Source: Monocercomonoides exilis PA203
Taxonomy: Eukaryota > Protista > Preaxostyla
Length of the DNA: 64,000 nt
Direction: 5' to 3'
Assembly: GCA_001643675.2 (NCBI GenBank)
Contig: LSRY02000005.1
Location: 1,860,001-1,924,000, forward strand
Below the pieces are notes generated by a model, which did not search any database, was not told the DNA's origin, and saw only the letters and a program-made list of their open reading frames with translations. Below are positions 1 through 11,500 of the stretch, in pieces. Each line of letters starts with the position of its first letter. Within the stretch, counting starts at the first letter, position 1. The translations under genes were made by a program, and so were the position numbers.

Positions 1-2029
1 GTTCTGCTTGTTTGTTTTTGTGCGGAAGAAAGAAAGATCTTTCTCGTCTGGCTGGCCATAGGCTACACGAATGTCTGTAAATAACAGTGAGAAATAAATA
101 ATTCAAAAAAGAAAGAAAGAAAGAAAGAAAGAAAATCATTAAAAAATGATTCTGAACAACAAAATTTCACACATTCATCGCAGTTCACCTGCGTTCCGTG
201 AGTCCAGTTGACCTGCAGCGTTTGCCTCAGTCTGTTTGGAGAAGAAGAGTTGTGTTTGATAAGAACGCATTCGCTTCTGTGCAGAAACAAGTCCATAAAC
301 TTTGGATATTCAGCCACATACACAAAATGAAGTGCTTCGTCTTCATTTTCAGCAGTTTCATTGCGAAAAGAGCTTATCGAATTGGAAAAGACATAATTTC
401 CACTTGTCTTTTGTGATGTATGTTTGGATTCATAACTTGAAGATCTGTCCTCTTTCATCCCTTTCAAAGAATTTTGCTTGAAGTGTTCTTGAATGAAGTG
501 AGCTTTCGTGTTTGTGAATGAATGGACAACTTGCATTTCCTGCCCCGTCGGCTTTCCTGTCAGAAAACGGCGTGCAACCAGCGGAAGAGACGGAGACTGC
601 AAGTGGAGCGGCACCTGGCTTTCTGTTGGGAGGTCACGGAGGCTGATGAAATGAGTGTTATTCGAAAAAAATGGATGATCCTGCTGAGAGGCTGATGATG
701 TGTGCGTTGAATTCGCACCAACTGGTATGTCAATAAGTGAATACAATAGCTTTGCGCCAGAAGCTGTCTTGTCTTTGTTTTCTGAATGATCGCCTTGACT
801 TGCCTCAACAGGATGTATTAGAGAAAATGGATTGATTTCTGCCAAAGATGATATTCTTTCGCATTCCCCCGGTGTTTTGCACAAATGCTTCAAGCAGCTA
901 ATAGTATTCTGATTTTCTGTTGCCGCTTTTCCTTCATTCTCTTTGTCATCATTGGAATAATTTCTAATCTTCTCTCTATTTTCCTCTTCCATTGCCTCAC
1001 TCTCTTGCCCATGTGCACAGCTCAGCAATGACAGATCAAGATAGACGTGCGTGTCAGTTGTAGAAAATGGATTGTGCAGCAAAGATGCATTGAATCTGAG
1101 TGATTCTTCTCCCACATCCACAACAGCCGTGAGCGTTTGAACAAAGTGAAGAATATGTTGCTGCTTTGATTGATCTCTTATCGGTCCATCTGAGTTATTT
1201 GTTGAATTTTTGTCTCCATTTGTGCGCAAATGCTGGTCCTTCCTCACAGAAAGATGATAATTCATTTCTAAGAATTGTGCAGAATTCAACTTTTTTACCG
1301 ATAAAAAGCTCAAAAATGTTTTGTGTAAATTATTCTCACGTAAAAGTGAACGCCCTGGTATAAATGAAAAAAAAGTCGCAAAATCATCAGTTGATATGAC
1401 TTCTCGTGGATTTTGAAAAATATGTGAATGCCCTTTTGTAAATCATAATATTAATATTGTCGAGTTAAATAAATAATCTTTTTAACCATAATGTGGTGAA
1501 TTAGACATGCAAAAGTGCTCCGTTTTTATTGTGTCAGAAAATAATGATGGAAAAGAAAATCCAAAAACTTGGCCAAGCAAGTTGTTCACTTTTGAAGTTT
1601 CGCAATACGTTCTAAATATCAAAAAATTGCATAATTGATAATTATATCAAAATACCTTTTCATAGGGAATGTAATTACTTGTTCAGCCCCAATGGGTGAA
1701 ATAGGATTTATAAGGCTTCCGAAATCTTTTTTCCATTTTCCTTTTGTGTGATGTTGAAGGAAAAAAGTTGACTTCGAACGTGCAAAATCAAATTTCAGCA
1801 TCCGCGAAAATATCCATGATTCTTGCACTTCAAAAAAATAAAATAAGTTAATGATTTAAAAGAAATATGATTGCGTACAAGAATGTATTGTGCTGTATTC
1901 AGTTTCCTGAACAATATGATAATGAACAATAACTTTTGAGGAAGATATTGGACGTATCAAAAATTCTTCTCCGAGGCTATCACTTGCATTTTCAAGTGAG
2001 AAAAGAATAACCATTAGGAAAATGTGCAT
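1..2029 (-). CDS. PIGT: GPI transamidase component PIG-T/Gpi16 (divergent, 3' end runs off window)
   Basis: Spliced model: exons 2029-1879, 1827-1656, 1611-1487, 1432-189, 62-<1, all GT-AG and frame-consistent. Signal peptide MHIFLMVILFSLENAS, then DSLGEEFLIRPI, TKGKWKKDFG..PISPIGAEQVITF, VNNLLGQVFGFSF, NPREVISTDDFATFFSFIPG and FVQTLTAVVD. These match in order the human PIG-T blocks [62 protein letters not shown] and LRQTLSVVFD (recalled). Includes ORF 63..1313. Confidence 0.8.
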
Positions 2030-2453
2030 AATGTAGGATATGCAAATTTTGTCTCCAAAATGGTTCACTAAATATATTATGGGTTCAACTGCATGAAAAA
2101 ATTCTAAAAATCAAAGCTTAAATTGATCATATGCGTTCAAATGTGTTATTTAATATTTTCTGTTGTTTAAACAATGATTTATTTTCAATCTTTATTGTGA
2201 AAAAAAAAAAAACCTTATTGATTATTGATTTCTATCAATTCAGTTGAATTTGGAAAAGAATGGGGAACAGATTCTGAATTTTTCTGTCTTCTTAGCATTC
2301 AAAAATGAAAAAGTTTGACATGAATTGAAAGATTGCTTCATTTTTCTGTGCTTTGCAAAGAATAGTTCGCTTTTTTTTTTCTCGTTTTTATTCTATTTCG
2401 GATAGACTGTGATTAGAGAAATTCTTAAAAAAAATAACTCGGTATCTCATGTA

Positions 2454-2857
2454 TAGTTTGTGTCAATAATGGTGGACACTTTCAATAACTGTGGATATTG
2501 GCATTATCTCAACAACTATTGATTGTTCCTTTTTGACAATAGACCCAACTATTCCCTCAATGAATATGAACTTATAAGACATACAGAAATGTTACAACTC
2601 ACTCCCAAGAATCAAGAACTTAACAGATTCAATTCTCGGAGAAACTCGGGAAAATAAGATTCTTCGAGTTTCTCCGGGAAAAAAATAATTATTATAAAAT
2701 TTCACAGAGTTGGATAAGTGATTTTTGCAATTCACATTAGTTCATATTTGTTGAAAGAATGATTGGGTTGATTGTCGAAAAGCAACTGTCAACGATTGTT
2801 AAGATAATGCAACTGTCCACAGTTATCGAAAGTGACCACCATTATTGACACAAACTA
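2454..2857. mobile_element. Fold-back MITE, Tc1/mariner-type (TA TSD)
   Basis: TA|TAGTTTGTGTCAATAATGGTGG...CCACCATTATTGACACAAACTA|TA. Imperfect TIRs of about 120 bp, plus a central hairpin at about 2633-2680. Non-coding. Confidence 0.85.
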
Positions 2858-3033
2858 TATCCTCATTTTTAATCAAAAAATTGCACAAAATCCAGTTTTT
2901 GTGGAAACGAATGTCTCAAATTCCAAATGAGTTTGTAATGAAGAAATATATTTCGAAGAAAATTGTCAGTTTTTTTCTTTTTTATAAATTTAACAAAACA
3001 ACATCATTTAGCTGATCCTTTTTGCAAACATGC

Positions 3034-3190
3034 TTTCGTTCGAGTTTTGACCAAAAATTTAATCTCAAGGGGATAAAGAAAAAAATTATGATTCTTTTTT
3101 ATATCGTCAAAATATGTGTGTATTTTCCGATTTCGTTCATTTTCTCTTTATTTCATTGAGATAATAATTTTGATCAAAACTCGAATGAAA
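3034..3190. repeat. Degenerate inverted repeat (probable old MITE core)
   Basis: TTTCGTTCGAGTTTTGACCAAAAATTTAATCTCAA versus the reverse complement of TTGAGATAATAATTTTGATCAAAACTCGAATGAAA. Weaker similarity extends outward to about 3010-3215. Confidence 0.6.
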
Positions 3191-3869
3191 ATTTGATTTT
3201 GAAAAGGAATAGCCATTTAGTATTTTTTTTTTAATGTGGGGTGTTTATTGCACAGTCGTGCTCCATAAGAAAAAAAAAAATGAAATTGATCAGCAATTGT
3301 TTCTCTATTTAGAATTTTTCAACCCAATTGAATGGTTTTTAAAAAATGATTTTGCGTTATTTCGTATGTGTTTTTTAAGAAAAAAAATATGCTGGATTTT
3401 TTTCCAGATGAAAATGAACATGCAAGTATTTTTCATCCAAAATTTTGAATTCAATGCATTTTTGTCTGCTGCGATTCCATCGAGACTATTTCATGTGAGA
3501 TACTTGACAATAATTCCATATTTGTTCATTTCCTTCCATTTTCTCCTGCCATCATCGGAAATTATTCTCACAATTCAGAGATGATTTCTATCCGATGTTC
3601 TCTCATTTTGTGGATGATAATTTTATTTCTGAAAAAAGAAATGACAATGATCATAACAGCCATAACAACAGATCTGAAAGAAATATCTTTGTTTCTCTCC
3701 AAAATTGATTCTCACAAATGCAAATGCAAAAAAAGATGGTATTAGCGCTGATGCATTGATGGATGTACACCCTTTTCGTTCATTTTTTTTTGTCAAATGA
3801 TTTTGCTTTATCTCTGTGTGCGATGAAAATGTTGAATGCATTTTGGGTAATTCACTTTTAAAAGCATAG

Positions 3870-5308
3870 GCGTTGAATATCACCGAAAAGTTCAATGGTT
3901 CGCAAGAAATGTTATTTTTGAATTAATGATTACTGTTTCTCCTTCCTTTCTTTCTTGATGTTTAATTTTTTGAAGAATTGTTCGAAGAACTGGAAAATTG
4001 CTCCAAAATTGAACAGAAGCAGAAAATCGAGGAAATGAACAGACTAATGGATAAAATGGACAACAAAGAAGTCAATTCTGTATTCACTGTTGAAAATTTC
4101 AAAAAAATGGATAAAATGATTAAAGAAAAGATAATGCCATTTGAAAATGCACTTGCTCTGTTAATAAATTTGGGATGTTGCAAAGCTCTGAAAAAAATAT
4201 GTATTTATGGGTTTAGCAAGCTTCATTGAGAAAAAGATTCGAGAAGATGATTGCTAAAGAAGAAAGCAAAAAGGATGAAAAGAACGAAAAGCTTTTGGTC
4301 GATCTTTGCGAATACTATCTTTTGCTTGGCAATGGATCATCTTCAGAATTAATTTTAATATGTGTGCCTTGTCTTGTGAAAGCTGCATCGAATAAAGAGG
4401 AAAGCGAAGAAGTTCAAAAAGAAGTAGAAATAGCTTTGCTGGCTTTGAGTTTCGTTGGTATATGGGAGGTTTGATTTATTTATAACTTGATTTCTTGAGT
4501 TGTTTTGTTTGGTTTATTGGAAATTTTGCAAATTGAAAAATAGAAAATAGATAGAGAACTATATTTGAATGAGATCACAGAGATTATCAAGTATCATCAG
4601 AAACACCGAAATCTCACTCATCTTGCATATCTATCGGCTTGGCAGTTTTTGTTCAACAGGTACCATTGTAAAAGAAGTTTGGAATATGTAATTGCGTATG
4701 AATTGCATTATGCGAGAGAAGCAACAAGAGAATTGAACGAGCTGATTAAATGCGTGGATTGGAAGAGAAAAGAAGAGGAAAAAGAGGAAAAAGAAACAAA
4801 AGACACTTTTGCTTTTAAGGGATGGATCCAATCACTGGAAAATTTCTTAGACCCGTACAAAATTGGGGACGAAGAATTTGTGGGGCTTATTGGGAGCATT
4901 GTTCAAGTGCTTCGAGCAACAAAAGAGAATAACGGAGATGCTAACAGCTGGAGCACTTATTTCTTGATAAAATTAGTAGAAAATGGAGCTGTTAAGACCG
5001 ACGATTTGTTGAAAAGTGGAACAGTTGATATTGCTTTGGAAGAACTTCAGCAAACAACACTAGATAACGAAACGGTATCAAATTGTTTATTGTTCTTATT
5101 GAATCTTTCATGGCGATTGGAAAAAAAGGAAAAAAATAAAATGGAGGAAGCGAAAAGAAAAGAGATGAAAAGGAAAGCGATAGAAAAGATTGAGGAAGAA
5201 GGATTCGAAGACATCATCGAAAGTCTATGTGAAATACTTGTTGTCATAAGATTTCAATTTGGTTCTATATTACCATTTAATAGTTCTGATTATTTTGTGA
5301 ATATTTGA
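3870..5308 (+). pseudogene. Lineage-specific multicopy alpha-helical protein family, copy 1 (one frameshift)
   Basis: TEKFN|ELFEELENCSKIEQKQKIEEMN...LLVDLCEYY...VPCLVKAASNKEESEEVQKEVEIALLAL...IIKYHQKHRNLTHLAYLSAWQFL...EEEGFED. Introns 3898-3975 and 4469-4543. 1-bp frameshift near 4222-4229. Start not resolved. Homologous to copies at 6652 and 15750. Confidence 0.7.
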
Positions 5309-6651
5309 TGAAATGAAATGCTTTTATTTTGAAACAAAAATTTTTATTTTCTTTTTTTGAAAATCATTCATAAAAACGAAAGCAAACATTCATTTGAAAC
5401 TTATTCAATAAGAATTAGATTTTTTTATAAGACTTTATTTTAACAAAGTGAAGAAAATGATCATCCTTAAAATAGTATGAACCACATTTTTCATTTTTGT
5501 CTTTTCTTCTTCAATAGCCTTCCTCTCTTGACTTGTCTGCCCATCAGTTTCAAGCAGAAGAATCAATATCAACTTGTTCACTCATCAGCTTTAAAAGTCT
5601 CGGTCCTGCTCTTTTGAGCAGTCTTGTGTCCTTCCAGCTTCTTTCCTAATTTCTCGAATTGATTGTAATTTCAGAGAGTTGAAGAGAGAAACCAAAACTC
5701 AGTGAACGAAAATGGATTTTTTGAGATGAGTGCGAATTGAAAGAAAATTATGTTATTTTTTCTGTAATTGAAGTGTAGATTTTCACTTCAACACCCAAAT
5801 ACCAACATTCTCTTTCGCATTTTCTCTCTCTGTTTCTACTTCCAATGCTCCTCTGCAAACAGTCTTCAAGAATAAAATATCAACAACCAATTCTGAAAGA
5901 GTAAAAGAAAAGAACACTTCACAAGGAACAAAAAAGACAAAGAAACAATATTCCAAAAAACTGGCTTATATTTTCTGTCAAAAGGCTTTCTTTCTATTTT
6001 TTTGAATCCTTTTTTGATAGCCCAGTTTCATTGGATTCCATCATTTTATTTGAAGCATTTCAAAAGGATGCAGTCACTTCTTCAAAATGCAGAAGAAGAA
6101 TTTGAAGATGAAGAAGAGAAAGTGGAAAGTGATGATGATGACATTGATTATTGAAACAAAAAACATTAAGAAGAAGAAGAAGATGATAATGATGATATTA
6201 TATAACGAACATTGTTACGATGCTGAATACAAAGTGAAGTTGCAAAGAGTCCTTTCAAAACACATTGATATTTGATGGAATGCAACGCAAAGTGTGGTTT
6301 CACAGATAAACTCAAGAAAAAGATGATGAATTGATTGATGAAATGTCGATTGATGCTGCATGAAAGAAAATGTGAACGAAAAGTGAGACCGAAGCAGATG
6401 AAGAAGGTAATAATGAGAAGAATGATTCATAAGGATGAAAAATCTTCAATTTGTGTTGAATAGCTAATTGTTAAGCAGAAGACTTTGCTTCTGAATGAAA
6501 TCTCTTTTCTTCTATTCTCATTGCATTATGTTCCCCTTTGTTCGTTTTCCGCAACCTGCATCTTTTGAATCTCTATTTCCATTTCATTCCGTTTTTTTTC
6601 TTCTTTTCCGAGACTTCAACAAAAGGAATATAAGCGGATAGAGAATTCGCT

Positions 6652-7973
6652 TCACAAATACACAAAATAATAAGACGAGTCTTCAAACGGAAGGTCATTT
6701 TCTGAAAGGCTTAAATAATATGGAATCAATTCACAAAAGCCTGTGATGATATCTTCGTATCCTTCTTCTTCCATCTTTTCAAACAACTCCATTTTTGTTG
6801 CATTTCGCTTAGCTTCGTCCGTTTCATCTTTCTCCTCGTGTTTTTGTCTTTTTGAAACATTCAAAAAGAAATACAAGCAATTTCTCATCACATTGTCATC
6901 CAACGTTGGCCGCTGCATCCCCTCCAAAACAGTATCAACAGCTCCTCCTTCAAACAAGTCTTGAACGTTCACAACTCTATTTTCTGATGCATTTCTCAAG
7001 GGATAAGCGCATTCAGAGCTAATATCTCTGCAATTATCATTTGCTGCTCGATATATCTGAACAAGGCTGTTGATAAGTTCGACATTTCCTTCTTTCCACA
7101 TTGTGAAATCGTGAAAATAACGTTTCATTATTCGCATCCACCTCAAAATAAAAAGCTCTTCTTTCATTTCATTTTCTCTATTCCCCACCATTTTTCTCAT
7201 CCAATCCACATTTCTTGTCAGCTCTTCCAATTCTCTTTCTGCTTCTCTCGCTAAATGCAGTTCATTTGCGATTACTTCAACAGGTGAATAATTGTTAAAC
7301 AATCCATACACCAAAAACTGCCATGCAGACTGATAAGCAAGTCGTGTCAGATTGTGATGTTCTTGATGATTCTGGATTGTGCCTCTGAACTCTTTCAAAT
7401 ATACTTCCTCTGACATTTTCTTTTAAAAAAAGAAAATAAAAGCCAGTCAATAAAATAAAAATGGACAAAAATCACGTCCACTATATCCAAAGCCGTTCAA
7501 TGCGAGCAAAGCCATTTCCACCTCTTTTCGTGTCTCTTCGCTTTCATCTTTCCTCAATGCAACTTTTATAAAACAAAGCACAAAAGTTGAAATCAATTTA
7601 GGTGAAAATCTACGGCTTAATGATAATAGCATTCGCGAAGATCAACCAGAAGCCATTCATCCTTTTCTTCTTTCTTCTCATTTTCAAAAAGCAATCTTCT
7701 TTTCATATCTTTCACATAACACAGAAAAAGAAAAGCTTGATTCTGCCAATTCTTTTAATGCTCGACGATATCCCAAATGCTTCAACAATAAAACATTTTT
7801 TCCCCATTGCGTTCTCTTCTCTCCAGTCATCATAGATATTCTGTCAAATAAAAATATATTGGAAAAGGACTGCAATCTTTCATTGTCCATTTCATCTATT
7901 GTTGAATTCATCTTTGCAATTTTCTGTTTCTGTTCAGTTTCTGTGCAATGACCCGGTTCGTCGTTCAAAACTT

Positions 7974-8016
<43 letters not shown>

Positions 8017-8052
8017 TCTCGACTTGGGTTTAATCTTTCGACCGACAACCAT
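6652..8052 (-). pseudogene. Same multicopy helical family, copy 2 (several frameshifts)
   Basis: TEQKQKIAKMN, KVALRKDESEETRKEVEMALLAL, HQEHHNLTRLAYQSAWQFL and EKMEEEGYED are spread over three frames (7684-8052, 7447-7632, 6652-7416). Confidence 0.7.
7975..8014. repeat. A40 homopolymer filling the family's first intron position
   Basis: Minus strand reads G-T40-GAAG (8015-7971). Confidence 0.8.
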
Positions 8053-8565
8053 CGCTTTATTTTTCCTTGTAACAAAGGTCCAATTTCGACATCGTGATTA
8101 AAATTTTGGAAAATATTTTTTATTTAGGAATTTAGTTCCACACAGTGCTTTCAAAGATTTTCCACAACTTTTAAATATTTCTTCATATTATAATGCACGA
8201 GAATGTCAGAATTATAATTATACGATTACAGAAAAAGTTTGGAACAGGTAATTGATTATTTCATGAATACGAAAATTCAGTCCCAAATGGGGTGAAATTG
8301 AATTTATGAAAAAAGCAACGATTTATACCAATTTTTTTCTGCATTCTTTTCATAAAAAGTGTAGCATTCTCAAGGAAAAATAATTTAGTCAAATAAAGAA
8401 ATTGAAAAAAATAAAAGGAACAATTAAGTGGAACAAAATTCATAAAACAAATAATTATGTAACAAACATTTCCTTTTTGAAAATACAAAATGGCAACAGA
8501 TCATCGGTTTATCTTTTACCATCCTTTGCAGATAACTTTGATATACTTTTGGGAGGATATTTAAA

Positions 8566-11500
8566 ATGATAAAAGAGGACAACAAATCAATGAGTTCGAT
8601 AACAAGTGGAGTTTCAGTCGGATATGCTCAGTCAGAAGGGCTCAGCAAAATAGAAACAGTCGGCTTTTCTGTTTTTTCTCCTCTTTACGATCAACCGAAA
8701 CATCCGAACATGAAATGGGAAATTTTCATATGGTCAATAACAATGCTGCAAATGGTTACGATTAGTTTCTTTCGAATCGACATCTTGACGCAAGACGTGA
8801 ATAAGATTTCACAGGTTTGCTGGTTTAATTTTTTATTAATTGAATTAACAAACAAAAATGCTTTTTCTATGTTTTGCAAAATGCTTATCAATTTTTTATG
8901 GAACATGCACAACAAAACTTCGCAGTATTTATGCTATCTTGATGGAACATATCTTGGATATCTTGTGGGAAAATCTGTTTCAGTTGTAATAATGGGATTC
9001 ATGTGCTATTTCATTTTGCTTGTTGTGTACTTACTGGCTGTGGCCGTTTTTCAAGGTTCTATTTCTGGCTCACAGCCATGGATAATATCATTACTTCGTT
9101 GGATTGTGCGAGTAACATATACGATCTTGTTTATCCCGTTAATTTCATTTTGCATAACTTCTTTTGATTGCTATGAATCAGGAGGGCAAATGATTCAGCA
9201 CGGATTCGAAAGCATTTGCTTTAACGATTCAATGTCTATTTCTGGATTTGTTATCTCCGTTGTTATTCTCGCTTATATTTTGTTATCTTCTTTTTTTGTT
9301 AACAATATGATTTACAACCATAATCCGAAATATGGAGGATTATGGTCATCTCCTTGCGGATTATGGCAAGCATTGGATTCATCACTTGTGTATGGATGTG
9401 TGTTTGCAATGAGAATGCTGTATGGCTGGCCTTTCTGGCGCGGAGTTGTAACTGTTGGATCTTCTCTTGTCTTGACAATGTATTTTGTGTATATTCAGCC
9501 AATATACAAACTGAATGGAAATTTGCTTATGGCATGCAAATGGTGCATGTTCGGGTGTTTAAGACTGTTTGGCGAAGTTGGGTATGCAATTGAAGGGGCA
9601 GCACACAATTGGATTGTTACAGTTGTTCTTCAAGTCGTTGGAGTGATTTCTGGAATTGTTATGTGTATCGTGCTTTTGCCTAGGATTGGTCGAAAATCGA
9701 GAGAGAAGAAGTATCTCTTAACTGCTTTTGGGAACCAGCTTTCTGATATTTGTTCTGAAAGTTCGTCTTTGGCCCTGCCTCCATTAAAGAAGCCAGATCG
9801 AATTGAGCCGTCGCTGCGCTTTATCCAAAAGAAAGAGTATCGTACAATGATTTATTTAACATTTGCAGACTATGTGTACACGCAAGCGCTGAAGACGAAC
9901 AAGAGCAACTGCATGCTGTACTTCCAATATGCGACTTTTCTGGCATCGTATCGCAAAAACTACGTGAAGGCCAACACGCTTTTGAGGAAAGCACGAACAC
10001 TGTCTCCTAACTTGTTTTTGAACTTTGTGCTGTTCTGCAAGGCGAAGGAGAATGGCGGAAGAGTCAACGGAGACAGCGGCGGGAACGGGACGAGTGACAT
10101 GAATTCGTTTGCCTTTACTTCTCTATTAGCAAAAGCAGAGAAGCACCACGAGCTGGCAGTGAGTGCGATGAAGGACTTTTTCGAGAATGCGACAGCGATC
10201 CAGCCTGATTACAAATCGATTCCAGTACTTCTGAATTCGATTGTGAAGAATGAAGACATTGCTCGAAAGAGCTACGAAGAACTGATTGCGTCGCACGGGC
10301 AGAACACAGCGGTGTTGAGGAGCTATGCGCGCCTGCTGTTGGACATCTACGACGACGAGGACGAGGCAGAGATGATTCTGAATCGAGCAGACAGGATCGA
10401 AGAAGAGTCTACCAGCTCTGGCGATTCGTTGACGCACACGCAGGCAACAACATCTGCTGATGCTTTGCTTGCCGTGGGCGAAACAGACGACGCTGGAGAT
10501 AGAAAACCCGGGGGAAATGTGAAAACGAGCGCAAGAGGCGAAGATAGCACTGAGAGCGAAGCGAATTATGTTCGTACAGTTAGATGCGGAAGTTTGGAAG
10601 TGACAGCTGGGAGTGTTTATGAGAACCCTGATTCGGGTAAAGGGGCTGAAGGCGGGGCCATCGCGAGCCCTTCTTCTTCTGACCTGCAGAATTTGGATGG
10701 GGAACAAGATGCCCTTGCAAGAAGCGAGATGCAATGGCAGCATTCTTCGAATGACGACAGAAGACATCAAAAATACAATAAAAAAAAGAGAAAGAAGAAG
10801 AAGAAGAAGAAGAAAGATGCAATGATTGTAGATCTGATGATGGGAGGGCGCGGTGAAAGCGGGAGCCAAGCAAATAATATCTCCTTGTTGAGGTTCACAG
10901 TGATATGTTTGCATTTAGTTGATGTAACTGCACTTATAATTGCGCTTGTTGTATATGTTGTGATGTCGAATATATACCAGAAAGACTTGGACACATTGAG
11001 GAATGTGTGCGACTTATCATACCACACTGCTCGTTCTGCTGCAATCAGCTATAACTTCTTTGTGTACGATATCAAGTACAAGTTTGTGAATCAGACGATT
11101 GTAGATGAGTGGATGTCGACGATGGTGCGGAAGACAGAGCTGCTGAAGATGCTAAAGGAGACGTCAGAGAGCCTGGCATCGATGCTTGGCAGAGTGCACG
11201 AGTCTACCACAAATATGGAGCCGTGGGAGACAGCAAGCATCGATACGTACTCGTTTATATTCACCACTAAGAACGAGACACAGTCAGATGGCAGTGTGGA
11301 GGAAGTGGTGGACATCAAACAACAGGTGCTCCATCCGTCGTCAATGTTGGAGGTGATTGCAACAGTGTCACAAATGATATACCACCTCTCAATTTCAGAC
11401 ATGGCTGCGCGCCCTGAAAACCCTGATTATCTGCCAAATATTCAGTATTTGGTGTTCAACTGCCCTGTTCCGATCTTGGACGGAGCGAAAAGAGTGATTA

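Noticed and set aside
5460-6430. Coding-like scraps (e.g. MQSLLQNAEEEFEDEEEKVESDDDDIDY)
   Set aside because: Short and interrupted by stops; no consistent exon model or family assignment.
10126-10914. 262-aa antisense ORF in the receptor gene
   Set aside because: Lies in a GC-richer coding segment with no recognisable features; expected by chance.
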